Source: Dendrobates tinctorius
Lineage: Eukaryota
Assembly: GCF_039654945.1 (NCBI RefSeq)
Contig: NW_027361836.1
Coordinates: 248,001-312,000, forward strand
DNA: 64,000 nucleotides
Direction: 5' to 3'
Shown piece after piece: positions 11,330 to 24,689 of the stretch; position 1 is the stretch's first letter; each line of letters opens with the position of its first letter. The notes under the pieces were generated by a model. The model saw only the letters and a program-made list of their open reading frames with translations. It ran no database searches and was not told where the DNA came from. Made by a program: the position numbers and the translations under genes.

Positions 11330-14300
11330 GCCTTATTCCTTCTCACCCATCAATGGGGGTGGTCTTTTGTTGTCCTTTCTCATTCTCAGGTCCTCTACCA
11401 GAGGCCTGGGAGCTTGAGGGTTCTGCGCAGGATCTTAGCTGTTCCCAGTATTGCGCTTTTCTGGACAGAGAGCTCAGATGTTGCTCCTGGTATCTGTTGT
11501 AGCCATTCTTCCAACTTAGGGGTCACTGCTCCAAGTCCTCCTATCACCACTGGAATCACTGTTGCCTTCACCTTCCACATCTTCTCCAGTTCTCCTTTGA
11601 GGCCCTGGTATTTCTCCAGCTTGTCATAGTCCTTCTTTCTGATGTTGCTGTCACTTGGCGCTGCCACATCTGTTATCATTGCTGTCTTTTGATCCTTGTC
11701 TACTATGACAATGTCTGGTTGTTAGCCAACACCTGCCTATCTGTCTGGATCTTGAAGTCCCACAGGATTTTACCCCTTTCATTTTTCACCACTTTTTCTG
11801 GCATCTTTCACCTGGACTTAGGGGGCTTAGCCCATATACTGCACAGATGTTCCTGTACATAATTCCCGTTACTTGGCTGTGACGATCAGCATACACTGTT
11901 CCTGCTTGCATTTTACATCCTGCCACTATGTGTTGGACTGTTTCTGAGGTTTCTTTGCATAGTCTGCACCTTGGGTCTTGTCTTGTGTGGTAGATTCCTG
12001 CTCTTATGGATCTTGTACTTAGTGTTTGCTCTTGTGCCGCTATGATTAGTGCCTGTGTGCTGTCTCGGAGTCCAGATTTCTCCAGCCATTGGTAGGATTT
12101 CTCCATGTCAGCCATTTCCGCTATCTGTCAGTGGTACATCCCATGGAGCGGCTTGTCTTGCCATGGCACTTCATGTTCCTGTTCTTCCTTCCAGATCTGT
12201 TGTTGTTCCTGACTAAGACTTTCTCTCAGCATCTCATCTTCTGGTGCCATTCTTCTGATGTATTCCTGGATACTCCTTGTTTCATCCGTGATGGTGGCTT
12301 GGATACTTATCAAGTCTCGACCACCCTCCTTTCTGTTGGTATACAATCCTTGGGTGCTAGACTTAGGGTGGAGACCTCCATGCATTGTGAGGAGCTTTTG
12401 TGTCTTAACATCTGCAGCTTCCATCTCTTCTTTTGGCCAGCACACTATGCTGGATGATACTGCTTTCCTTGCCTCCTCATCATGGTTACCGTATCCCTGT
12501 GGGATGCCGAGGTATTTGTAGCATGTCTGTACATCTGCTATATGCCCTGCTCGTAATTCCACTCCATTGGTCTTGACTACCTTGCCTCTCTTTATTACCA
12601 ACTGGCCGCACTTCTCCAGTCCGAAGAACATCCCGATGTCTTCACTGCAGATCCTTGTCAGGTGGATCAGCGAATCAATGTCTCGTTCATTTTTTATACA
12701 CAGCTTGATACTGTATCATCCATGTAGAGGAGGTGGATGATGATGCTTCCACTCTTCAACTTGTATACATAGCCAGTCTCTGTAATTATCTGACTGAGTG
12801 GGTTCAAGCCTATGCAGAACAGCAACGGAAACAGTGCATCACCTTGGTATATGCCGCATTTGATGATCACTTGTGCTAGCTGTCTTTACTTGACTTCCAA
12901 TGTTGTTCTCTATAGCCTTATTGAGTCTCTGAGGAAGGTTCTTAATTTCCTGTTGACATTGTAGAGAGCCAAGCATTCACAGATCCATGTGTGTGGCATT
13001 GAGTCATAGGCTTTCCTGTAGTCAATCTAGGCTGTACTGAGATTGGTCTTTCTGGATCTTGAGTCATGAGCGACTGCTCTATCTGCTAGGAGCTGATGCT
13101 TAGAGCCTCTGGTGTCGGTCCCAATGCCTTTCTGAGCTGGATTCATGTACTGGTTCATAAGCTTCTGTAGCTTGGTAGCTATGATGCCTGACAGGAGTTT
13201 CCATGTTGTTGTGAGGCAGGTTATTGGGTGGTAGTTGGATGGAACTCAGCTTCTCTAGTGTATCTCCCTAGTCTTGCAGCGAATTCTATGAGACTTTGCA
13301 TAGCAGTCTCTAGGGCTTCAGCTGGGGTCATGTCTTTGTACTTGACCAGCTTGGTCTTATTCTTGATCTTTACACCTTTCTGTATTTCTGTCTCCAGCCT
13401 TTTTTCCAAGGGGGGCACATACTTCTGTTGATCTTGCTGATTGTATAGCCAAGCATTTCTATGACTGCTGAGGCAGTAGCACAGATCAGTTTATTAGTTT
13501 GAGTTATAGTGGAGGTAGGTATTGATGCAAGTACTCTATTGGCATCTTTTGGCATACTGTCTGGTGGTGTTTCTTTGCTGGGCCTTAGCAGTCGATTTCT
13601 GGTATTGATGGTATTTAGTTTATCTCAGATCTTCTGTTTCAGACCAGCTGCAGTGCTCTTTAGTTGCAAGATTGGATCAGGATCTTCAGGGGGTTGTGTT
13701 GTGAGTTCATTCTCTGGTTCACCAGTTGTGAGTTCCTCTTCTGGACTTCCTCTGGTGGTGACGGGAGGTGGTATGACTGATTTGATCGGTGGAGATCTGC
13801 CACCTGAGAATGAGGATGACGATTGGATCTCGGGATTCTCAGATTGGATTTAAGACAGCCGACGCCATATTCAGTTGCTAGTGATTCCTTCTGGCTTGTC
13901 AGCTCTTGGTTTTCAGCTCTGGTCCAGTCATCTAAAGCTAAGTTTTTCTGCTAATGTTCACACTTGATTTTGTTGGTCTATTCAGTTTTTTGTGTGCTCT
14001 GCCAGCCCCGGCTGGGGGCTGAGCTGAATTTCCACTCATATATCAGTATTTTGCCAATTGGCTTTTTGTCCCTTACTAGATCGGTCTCTTTTTGCTCTGT
14101 CTCAGAATATTTCAGAGTGCTGATAAAGTGGGAGAAGTCTAGTGACTTCAGGGTTAATTTTGCTATCAGAAGTGTTGGACATTATTTTTGTAGGGTTTTT
14201 TGCAGGTTGCAGACAGTGTCTTCCCTTTCCTTTCCTGTCTAGTTAGTTTGGGCCCCATCATTTGCTCAGCCTATTTTCCTGCCTGTGTTTTTGCCTTCAT

Positions 14301-15005
14301 CTTGTTTCACCATCAATACATGTGTGGGGGCTATCTATTCCTTTGGGGTCTGCTCTGGGGCAGTTAGTTTTCCCTTTTCTTGCTTTAGGGTTATGTAGTC
14401 CTCCGGCCGTGACGAGGCGTCTAGGTTCATCGTAGGCACGCTCCACGGCTACTGCTAGTTGTGTGGTAAGATCAGGGATCTGCAATCTGCATAGTTACCA
14501 AACATTCTGGTTTTCTGTGGCTTAGCTTGTTTTGCCTTTTTCTTCTCGGTGACCCATTCATAACAGGGTTGCATATGTTGTTCTTCCAGGTCTTCATGTG
14601 GGGTGGTTCTGCATGTGTACAGTTGATCCATCTCAAGTTGAGACAATAGCTTTCTCTTTATGATTTTGAAACATTGGGTGACTAGTTGTTTCTCAGTCAG
14701 TGGACATGCAGGTCTTATATCCATCCAGAGTTTCCTCATACGTTTCATATATCCTCTCTAATTTGGGCTGCTGTTATAGTAGCATTTCATCAGATCCAGA
14801 TTCTCTTGCCTTGTCCATGAATGGTTTGTTCCAGTAGCCCATTTATCATCAGATTGTCCTGGTTCCTCGACATCTGACGCGGACCTTGTTAATCCGAGCG
14901 ACGTTCGAGCTGGCATGACTCTCTTTGCTCGTGACACTCTCATGTTTATTGAGGTAGGCTCTATAGTATTAGTAGTCTTGCGTCTTGCCCAAGGACCACT
15001 ACTGG
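11330..15005 (-). mobile_element. R4-clade (Rex6/Dong-like) REL-endonuclease non-LTR retrotransposon, decayed
   Basis: N-terminus MPARTS...KWATGT..WTRQEN; RT remnants at ~12500-13240; CRLC...TVQHIVAGC zinc knuckle; RHSQV; REL domain PDIV...DVA.PSD...KLEKYQ. Frameshifts and an internal deletion near 13245. Confidence 0.9.
13697..14565 (+). mobile_element. Solo LTR inserted in the R4 element
   Basis: TGTTGTGA...TCATAACA termini; GGGTTG duplicated at 13691-13696 and 14566-14571. Confidence 0.85.
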
Positions 15006-15876
15006 TATATATATATATATATATACACACTGCACAGTACCACTTCTCCTGCCCTGTTGTCAGAGATGTGGCATTGGATTTCAGGATTGTCCTTATTGAT
15101 TTATTATTTTCTACATTCGTATGGGCAAATAAAAATACATTTTGAAAAACATGTATAAATTGGTTATCCCAAGTTTGAAAGTTATCCCCTTTCTTCTGGA
15201 TAGGGTATAACATTCCGTTCGCTACAAATATGATCGCTGGGACCCACAGGATCCTGAGAAATTGAGCTCTGAAGAGCACCATGTAAATCGATCTGTGCAT
15301 GCACACTACTGTGCCATTCACATGCGGCTCTTCAAATAACTCCTTTAAGAGTGGTGAAGGGCATCATGACAAAGTAAAAGCAAAATTCACTCATCAGGAA
15401 GGGTGGATGTTATGGTACTGTATATGGACTGGTGGGGTTTGTGTTCTAAGGCTGCTGTTTTGTCCCTGTCCAGCCCTTCAAATAAGACATAAGAATACTG
15501 CTAAAGGCATGAGGAATGCGAATACAAATCTCCTTGAATGTCTAAGTAACAATTTCTGCTAAAGAAACTGGATAAAATGAGACTTAGCAAAGAATCATGT
15601 CAGTACAGCAGGTGAGTATCTGTTTTGGTTTTTATTTTAAACTCGAAAATACAGGATTTAAGTAAGGTTTGTCAAAGTAGTAGACAACCACTTTAAATAA
15701 AGACTGAAAATTTGGCAAAGCAGAGCAAAAGAAACAATTTCCAAAAGTGACTAAACAAAAGACCAAACTTACAATTTCTGATCCATGTGCAGATAATTAG
15801 AATTTAATCCACATGAATGAAACACGTTAGGTGAGCTGCGCTGCTGCACTAAATTGATTCGACAATGATTATAATT

Positions 15877-16146
15877 AGAGATGAGCAAACCTTTTAAGGT
15901 TTGGATTGGTTTGATTCGCCGAACATGCTCTTCGAACGGTTCGATGAACATACCCGAACCACATTAGATTAAATGGGAGGCCAAACCAAACTTATACATA
16001 ACACCTTAAAAGGGTGTTAAAAAGCTTCCCAAACAGCTAAAATTAGTGGTAGACACCATGAAAACTGGCATCAATTGACCCACAGTAGAAATTTGCAAAT
16101 GGCCCAGCAGTAGTCAGCCATGGGCCATGAATGAGGCATGAGGGTC
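15877..16146. mobile_element. TAG-ended hAT-like element, left part (target of the BEL insertion)
   Basis: Starts TAGAGATGAGCAAACC with subterminal TTCG/CGAA motifs. Confidence 0.6.
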
Positions 16147-16563
16147 TATTCTTACTCTACAAGGCAGAATGAGTCTCTAAATCCTTAACCATCAATCCCT
16201 TAGATAACTGTATGATTGTTGTACTCACATGCCATGTATCCTAAGATATTACAAGTCAGTGTAGCCGAGTTAGAACTAAGAGTCCAGGAGAAACATAGTT
16301 GATTTTCTCTGAAATCTTGTATTTAAGCACAATGCTGCTGGTGGAAAGCATAATCCCAAACAGAGAAGTACGCATGTACATATAAAATGGCTACAGCAAA
16401 ATGATAATGAGGAAGAATGGAGGAGCAAAGGCTTGACATCATCAACTACAGGAGAGTAAAAGAGATAAACTTCAAAGGGCAGAGCTTTTCCCTAGCAACA
16501 GCAGAAAGAAATGTATAACATAGAAAATACATAACAAGTTGTTCCCATTCATGGGACACAACA
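16147..16563 (-). repeat. BEL 3' LTR
   Basis: Aligns by eye to 26836-27015 plus 28210-28446; starts TGTTGTGTCCC directly after the PPT. Confidence 0.85.
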
Positions 16564-18762
16564 CTCCCCATCTGAAATCTTCAGATTTCACAATGTCTCT
16601 GTATGACGATGAGAAAAGTCACAGGTGTCCAATGCCAACATGGAACCTGAAAAGAGGAGAGAGAAGAAAACATTATGCATCAAGTCCAAACTTGAGCAAT
16701 GACATGCAGTCCTAGAATAAGAACTAAAAATTGAATATGACTTCAATAGAAAAACCCATATTCTAGTTGGGAAAGCCACAACAAGCAAACTCTTCCACCA
16801 TCCCAACAATCCAATAGTAACATTTAATCCCCGGAGAAGTGTTCAAGTCCGGTTGCACAAAGAGCATTTTTTGTCCTAACATGGCTGGGGTATGAGGGAG
16901 TATGCTCCCTGCTGTGGCGGAGTCCAGCAGAAATGTTCAGTTCATGTGATGTCCTCCTTCAGTAAAAGTAGCACGAGTTCAGTGACTGGGTGACTGGGTG
17001 AAAGAAGATTTGAGTTAAACCCTCTTTTGTTACCTTGACTTCCACCTTCCGAGTCTTTCTGTCGTCACTGGGCACAACCTTGGTGATAAGACCCATCGGC
17101 CAGTGGTTACGATGAGCCTCTTTGTCTTTTAAAATGATGAGATCTCCTTCTTGTAGGTTAGGAGTTGGCTCCTGCCATTTGTGATGGTTTTGAAGCAGAT
17201 GCAGATATTCAGTCTTCCACCAGTGCCAGAATACATTAGACTTATGTTGTACCTGCTTCCATTGACGTCTGAAAAGGTCTTTGTGATCAACGTCTCCGGG
17301 AGAGACTGGAACAGCTCCAATCTTTTGCGTAAGGAGTGTAGCTGGAGTGAGAATCATTGGAGCATCAGGGTCGGATGATACCGGAACCAAAGGTCATTTA
17401 TTATAGCTGCGAGGAAAGTGACCAGCACTTCATGGGTGAAAGGATGCTTGTGGTCCAGGAACATGGAATCGAGGATTCTTCATGCAATTCCAGTCATACA
17501 TTCCCAGGATCCACCCATGTGTGATGAGTATGGAGGATTGAACACCCAGGTGCAGCTGTTATTCGTCAAGAAGTTGTCTAACTGAAATTCCTTGCAAGCC
17601 CCTACAAAGTTGGTTCCGCAGGTGGACTGGAGTTGTTTAGCAGGCTCACGGATAGAAAAGAATCTTCTTAGAGCATTGATAAAGCAAGAAGAGTCCCTGG
17701 ATTTGACTACCTCAATGTGAACTGCACGGATACTGAGACAGGTAAATAGAACAGCCCATCGCTTAATGTTCGCACCTCCCCAACGAATTCTTCTTGTAAT
17801 GACTGACCAAGGACCAAAGACGTCTACACCGACAAAAAAGAATGGCTAACCTGTGGACGATCTGTTGGAAGATTCGCCATCTGCTGTTATTGTTGTCTTT
17901 CTCTTCACCTTTGGCACTTAACACATCTTTGGAGCACAGAGGAGACACATCCCTTCATTCCAACAATCCACAAACCAGTGGACCTGATGCTACCTTCGGT
18001 AAGCTGTCTGCCTTGATGCTGCATTTGTTCGTGAAAGTGCCAGACTAGCAGAGTAGTCAAGTAGTGCTGACCCGGGATGATAATAGGATTCTGTTCCTTA
18101 TGGTGCAGTTCAAATTTCCCTATGTGACCACCTGCTCTTATCAACTAGCTGTGATTGAGCACTGGGTGCAAGTCAAGGAGCGTACAGTTTTGGAGAGCTG
18201 GACACTTTTCGTAATGCTGTCAAGTTCATGGTGATATACTTCATGTTGTACATACCCGATGATGACTTGTGCAGCTTTCTCCTTGTGTTCGATGGTAGGA
18301 TGACATTTGCACATGTGCCAGCCACAGCACCCTGATGACTTGTCATTGGTAAAGCAATGAGTGATGTGAATAAGATGAGCCACAGCTCGTACAGTAGATG
18401 ACAAACTTGGGAAGCGTTCAAAACGATGAGGTTTCAGCTTCAGCATTGATGTCATTGAAATATAGTGTGTGGAGATAGTTGGTCTAATTTTTTTGTCAGA
18501 TTCTGGATCCACCATATCATATGTGATGCTGACGTGGTTATTGTAGGTATCCTCACAAAAGATACTTTGAGGTGTCAGCTACATGATGTCACCTAGCTTG
18601 GATGCAGCTGTGAATCTTGTTCCTCGTTCAGCTGTGTTTAGATCAGAGGGGATGTGATGACTCTGCTCAGGAAAAGCAAAGCGTCTAATCTATTACTCAC
18701 GTAGACGTAGAATTGTTTTGTTTCGTGATATACATATATATATATATATACACACACACATA

Positions 18763-20384
18763 CAGTGCCTTGCGAAAGTATTCGGACCCCTGGAACTTTT
18801 CAACCTTTATCCACATATCATGCTTCAAACATAAAGATACCAAATGTAAATTTGGTGAAGAATCAACAAGTGGGGCTCAATTGTGAAGTGGAACAAAGTT
18901 TATTGGTTATTTTTAATTTTTGTGGAAAGCCAAAAACTGAAAAGTGGGGAGTGCAATATTATTCGGCCCCTTTACTCTCAGTGCAGCAAACTCACTCCAG
19001 AAGTTTATTGTGGATCTCTGAATGATCCAATGTTGTCCTAAATGACTAATGATGATAAATATAATCCACTTGTGTGTAATCAAGTCTCCGTATAAATGCA
19101 CATGCTCTGTGATAGTCTCAGGGTTCTGTTTGAAGCACAGAGAGCATCATGAAGACCAAGGAACATAACAGGCAGGTCCGTGATACTGTTGTGGTGAAGT
19201 TAAAGCCGGATTTGGATTCAAAATGATTTCCAAAACTTTTAACATCCCAAGGAGCACTGTGCAAGCGATCATATTGAAATGAAAGGAGTATCATACCACT
19301 GTCAATCTTCCAAGACCCGGCCGTCCCTCTAAACTTTCATCTCAAACAAGGAGAAGACTGATCAGAGATGCAGCCAAGAGGCCCATGTTCACTCTGGATG
19401 AACTGCAGAGATCTACAGCTGAGGTGGGACAGTCTGTCCATAGGACAACAATTAGTCATACACTGCACAAATCTGGCCTTTATGGAAGAGTAGCAAGAAG
19501 AAAGCCATTTCTCAAAGATATCCATAAAAAGTGTTGTTTAAAGTTTGCAACAAGACACCTGGGAGACACACCAAACATGTGGAAGAAGGTGCTCTATTCA
19601 GCTGAAACCAAAATTGAACTTTTTGGCAACAATGCCAAGCGATGTTTGGCTTAAAGGCAACATAGCTCATCACCCTCAACACACCATCCCCACTGTCAAA
19701 CATGGTGGTGGCAGCATCATGGTTTGGGCCTGCTTTTCTTCAGCAGGGACAGGGAAGATGGTTAAAATTGATGGGAAGATGGATGGAGCCAAATACAGGA
19801 CCATTCTTGAAGAAAACGTGTTGGAGTCTGCAAAAGGCCTGAGACTGGGATGGAGATTAGTCTTCCAACAAGACAATGATCCCAAACATAAAGCAAAATC
19901 TACAATGGAATGGTTCACAAATAAATGTATCCAGGTGTTAGAGTGACCAAGTCACAGTCCAGACCTGAATCCAATTGAGAATCTGTGGAAAGAGCTGAAA
20001 ACTGCTGTTCACAAACGATCTCCATCAAACCTCACTGAGCTCGAGCTGTTTGCCAAGGAAGAATGGGCATGAATTTCAGTCTCTTGACGTACAAAACAGA
20101 TAGAGACATACTCCAAGCAACTTGCAGCTGTAATCGCAGCAAAAGGTGGCGCAACAAAGTATTAAGTTAAAGGGGCCGAATAATATTGCATGCCCCACTT
20201 TTCAGTTTTTGACTTTCCACAAAATTTTAAAACAACCAATAAATTTCATTCTACTTCACAATTATGTCCCGTTTGTTGTCGATTCTTCACCAAAAATTTA
20301 CATTTGGTATCTTTATGTTTGAAGCATGATATGTGGGAAAAGGTTGAAAAGTTCCTGGTGGCCGAATACTTTCGCAAGGCACTG
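18763..20384 (+). mobile_element. Tc1/mariner DNA transposon (Passport/Glan-like), full-length, defective
   Basis: TIRs CAGTGCCTTGCGAAAGTATTCGG / CCGAATACTTTCGCAAGGCACTG with TA flanks; inserted in the BEL RNase H region. Confidence 0.95.
19149..20165 (+). pseudogene. Tc1 transposase pseudogene
   Basis: MKTKEH...; FQQDNDPKH; SPDLNPIE; several stops and frameshifts, and the first catalytic Asp reads Ala (SAETK). Confidence 0.9.
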
Positions 20385-23300
20385 TATATATATATATATA
20401 TATATACAGTATATATATATATATATACAAGTACTACTCTACTATCTGTGTAGAATATAAAGGAATTGATTGCGATGTCTATTTAATCTCTCACGACTTT
20501 AGCGATTTCTACTGCCAATACTGTGGCACGTAGTTCAAGCTGAGTGTGTAATGAGTGTGCAAGTTTAGGTGTTAGTTTGGCTTTACCCAGAATAAAACGA
20601 CAGTGCACTTCATTGTGCACTCTCAAGGTCTTCAGATAAGTTGCTGTGGCTATGGCTTCTGTAGGCGCATTGGAGAAAATGTGGACTTCGCGTCTGGAGG
20701 CAACTGAAGAAGATTTTACCGAGTAACAATATGGGACTTGGAGTTGTTCTAGAACCTTCAGTGACTTCTTCCAGGTCTCCCTTCTTTCTTGTTTCTGGAA
20801 CAGCAGTGGAGCATCCCGATTGGTATTTTCAGCAGTGGGCTCTTAGCAGTATTTTGCCTTGAATGGTGATGGGGGTGACGAACCCAAGAGGATCGTAGAT
20901 ACTGTTTATGACAGATAGGACTCCTTGTTTGGTGAAAGGTTTGTCGCAGGGTGACACTTGAAAGGTGAATGCATCCTGTTTAATATCCCATAGGAGACCG
21001 AGGCTGCGTTGCATGGGAGGGACGTCGGAACCTAAATCGAGGTCTCTTAAGCTCGTGGCATAGTCTTCAGATGGAAACGCTTCCATTACCTCTTGAGTGT
21101 TGGAAATAATGTTGTGGAACCTGAGATTTGATGAAGAGAGCATTTCCTGAGGCCTGGAGAGCAGATCAATAGCCTCTCCACTCGAGGATAAAGACTTGAG
21201 CCCATCGTCCATGTAGAAGTTCTTCTCTACAAACTGACGAGCATTGCATCCATATTCTCTCTCACCTTCCTGGGCTGCCCATCTCAGTCCATAAATTGCT
21301 ACAGCAGGTGAAGGTCTGTTACCGAAGACATGTACCTTCATCCGGTAGTCTATGACCTTGTCGTGGATGTCATTGCCCTTATGCCAAAGGATACTGAGAT
21401 TGCTTCATTGTGAAGCAAAACAGTAGACACTATGAAACATCTGCTGGATGTCAGCCATTATTTCCACGTGTTCCTGCCTGAAACGAATCAACACTTCTAT
21501 GAGGCTGTTGTTCATGTTGGATCCAGTAAGAAGAAAGTTGTTGAGGGAGATGCCTTTGTGCTGAACACTGGAGTCAAATACCAAACTGATCTGGTTAGAT
21601 TTCCAATGGTGGAAGACCCCGAAGGACGGAAGGTACCAGCACTCTTCTCCTTCCTTCAATGATGGTGCGGGTTCTGCATGATCTCTGTCAAAGATATTTT
21701 GCATGAAATCAATGTCTTTCCATCTCTGGCCTTCTTTTTAAAGTGCACTTTAGAGAAGAAAAACTTTGCTGTTGATTTCTGCAGATTGTTTGGCAAACTT
21801 GGTCTTGGAATATGAAAGGGTAACGGAGCCACCCAGCTGTTGGAGTCGTCTTGAGCGAAATCTTTGTCCATAACCCTTATAAATTCTTTATCTTCTCTTG
21901 TGGGTGCCAACTTGTATCCTTTACTTGTGGATTTGAACATTGTTGACCAGAGGTTGTCATCACAGGGACCGTCCATGTTCGCATTGTCAAGTGGCAGCCA
22001 TTGCCACTTGGTGTTGATCAGTTTCTCTTTCATCCAGTAATGACGTGGACATGGCTGGAAATGAGGGCTGCAACCATTTGGCAAGATGCACATCTTATAG
22101 GAGATAGCGTTAGGTCTCTTCATTTTGTCTACGCAGATGTTCCCTATGATCACCCAGCCTAGGTCAAAGCGATGAGCAGATGGTGCGTTGTGATAGCCGT
22201 TGATTTGCTGGCATGCCTTGTGTAACTGGAGGATGTCTATCCCAATTAAAAATCAGGATTTCTGCGTTGTGATCTAGAGCTGGAATCTTGCTGGCTATAG
22301 TCTTCAGGTTAGGGTGATTAAGAGCAGCTTCCGGCATTGGGATCTCTTCCTTGTTGGATGGTATCTGATTGCACTCAGTGGGTAGAGGTATTTCTACAGT
22401 ATTTTCATGAGACATTACCATGAGACCACTGGCCCTTCTTCCAAAGACTTCTGAGATGCCACTGCAGGTGATTAAGGTGTAGGCACTTCCCTTTAAATTG
22501 AACAGATCAAAGAGTTCTGACCTTGCTAGTGATTGGTTGCTCTGATCATCCAGGATGCTGTACACCTTCACGGCCTTCTCTGGATGATCCTTTGGACATA
22601 CTTTTACCAGACAAAGCTTCGCACAAGACATGTCCCAAAGATCTTCTCAGCAGACTTCTATGCATGATGAAGATACTGCGAGATGACTTGCTGTTTGGCT
22701 TGTACTCTCCTCGCCATGGCTTGGGTTAAGCAGAGACGGATGAAGCGCTTGTATGTGGTCCTCGCTGTCACACTCCATATACTTGATTGTAACCTTACAG
22801 TCCTTAGCAAGGTGTTCGATAGAAGCACAACATCTGAAGCACACACCAAACTTCTTTAGAAGCTCATTGCGTACTTGGAGTGGTTTCTTTCTGAAACTGA
22901 TACATTTCTTCAGTGGATGTGGCTTCTTGTGGATGGGACACTGACAGTTTTGATTCTTGACTATCACCCTTGTCGCGCTCGCCAGGAATCAATGCTGGTG
23001 TATGAAGAATGTCAGTCTTTTTTTACCAATACTGGGGCTCTACGTTTTCTGCCAATTTGACGAGGGCTCTCATATTTGGGAGCGGGTGAAGCTGTGCCAG
23101 TGGGTTCTTCACAGGTGAAGCTTGGTTCAGCCTTATACTCTACAATGTCTTTGATGAACTCGCAAAAGTAGGAGAACGGAGGAAAGGATACCTGTTGTTC
23201 CTTTTTGTAACTTGTCCCTAGCGTAGTCCACCTTTCTTGCATGTTACATGGCAGCTTGGCGACTATGGGTTTCACCCCACGTGTGATGTCCAGGTAGCTG

Positions 23301-23707
23301 AGGCCAGGTAGATGTGTGTCTGTTTTGGCCAGCTGGAGTTCAAACAGCAGGTCGCTGAGTTCCTGGAATTTTGAAGCATCCTTGCCAGATATTTTAGGAA
23401 AATCCTGTAATTGCTTGAGCTTAGTCTCCAGAAACGCGCCGATATCCACACCTATCGGGTATTGTGTTCAAGATTTTATCCTCCATGTAACGAGTTTTTT
23501 GAATAAAAACCTTATCTTCACGGAATCAGTAGAGCTGGACATTTCTTCTTTGTTGGATTATTCACACTTGGACACTGCCGGTCCATGCTCCTGAAGTCAT
23601 TGAAATGCATTTACAGGTGAGCTGGAATTCTTTTTTCTCGAGAATTTTGATGCACTTGATCTGGACGAGTGGTTTGAGTACTTAGATCTGGATTTGTGAG
23701 ATGACAC

Positions 23708-24689
23708 TGTTAGCACCGCAGACTGTGAGAAGGAATACCCTAGAGTGGACCCTCTGGACCGTGGCACCGAGGGGCCCCGGACGAGCAACCAGGTGAGACC
23801 GACCCCTATACAGGGATCGTTAGGCGCAAGACCGGAGACTCGAATGCCACGGCAGCTGGAACCAAGAGGGGCGGCTCTGAATGGAACACAGGGCGTGAGC
23901 AGGAACAGACACAGGACTTGAACAGGCACGGATACCGGACTGGAGCAGGCACGGACACAGGACTGGAGCAGGCACGGGCACAGGACCGGAACAGGTACGG
24001 ACACAGGACCGGAACAGGCATGGACACAGGACTGGAGCTGGCACGGACACAGGACTGGAACAGGCACGGAGACAGGACTGGAGCAGGCACGGACACAAGA
24101 CTGGAACTGGCACGGACACAGGACTGGAACAGGCACGGAGACAGGACTGGAGCAGGCACGGACACAGGACTGGAACAGGCACGGACACAGGACTGGAGCA
24201 GGCACGGGCACAGGACTGGAACAGGCACGGAGACAGGACTGGAGCAGGCACGGACACAGGACTGGAGCAGGCACGGACACAGGACTGGAACAGGCCTGGA
24301 AGCAAGCACAGAGATTAGGCAGAGAGCCGGATTCCCGAGAAGTACACAGAGACTGAGGTGCGGTAATAAACAACCACGGTCAGGCGCCTCCACTAGGGGA
24401 GGGCGGCCTGATATGGCTGCCGCTGTGCCCCCATTGGTCCAGCGGTGCAATCGGGGCAGGGCACCGCCGGAGACCAGCTTAGCGGCGGAGGACAGGCCGC
24501 GACCTACCGCGCATGCCCGGGACCCGCGATGACGTCACCAGCCGCGGGCCGGAGGAAGAGAGAGGCCGATGCCGGGGCTGGAGGAAGCGAGGCTGCTGGA
24601 GGGAGCGCGGCTGCCGGGCGAGGTGAGTATAGCTGCGCGCGCGGGGGCGCAGGGCTGGGAGCGAGACAGGGGGATCGGGGGCCGTGACA
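23708..24689 (-). mobile_element. Solo LTR (Gypsy-like) inserted in BEL gag
   Basis: TG...CA termini; 5-bp TSD GACAC at 23703-23707 and 24690-24694; GC-rich end. Confidence 0.9.
23885..24300. repeat. Minisatellite inside the solo LTR (ACAGGACTGGARCAGGCACGG-type unit)
   Basis: Tandem array seen directly. Confidence 0.9.

Noticed and set aside
14758-15321. 187-aa ORF as a single gene
   Set aside because: Chimeric read-through from flanking DNA across the (TA)n run into the R4 N-terminus.
23597-24532. 200-260 aa Cys/Pro/Val-rich ORFs resembling keratin-associated or metallothionein-like proteins
   Set aside because: They arise from a minisatellite within a TSD-flanked solo LTR and are open in several frames on both strands.
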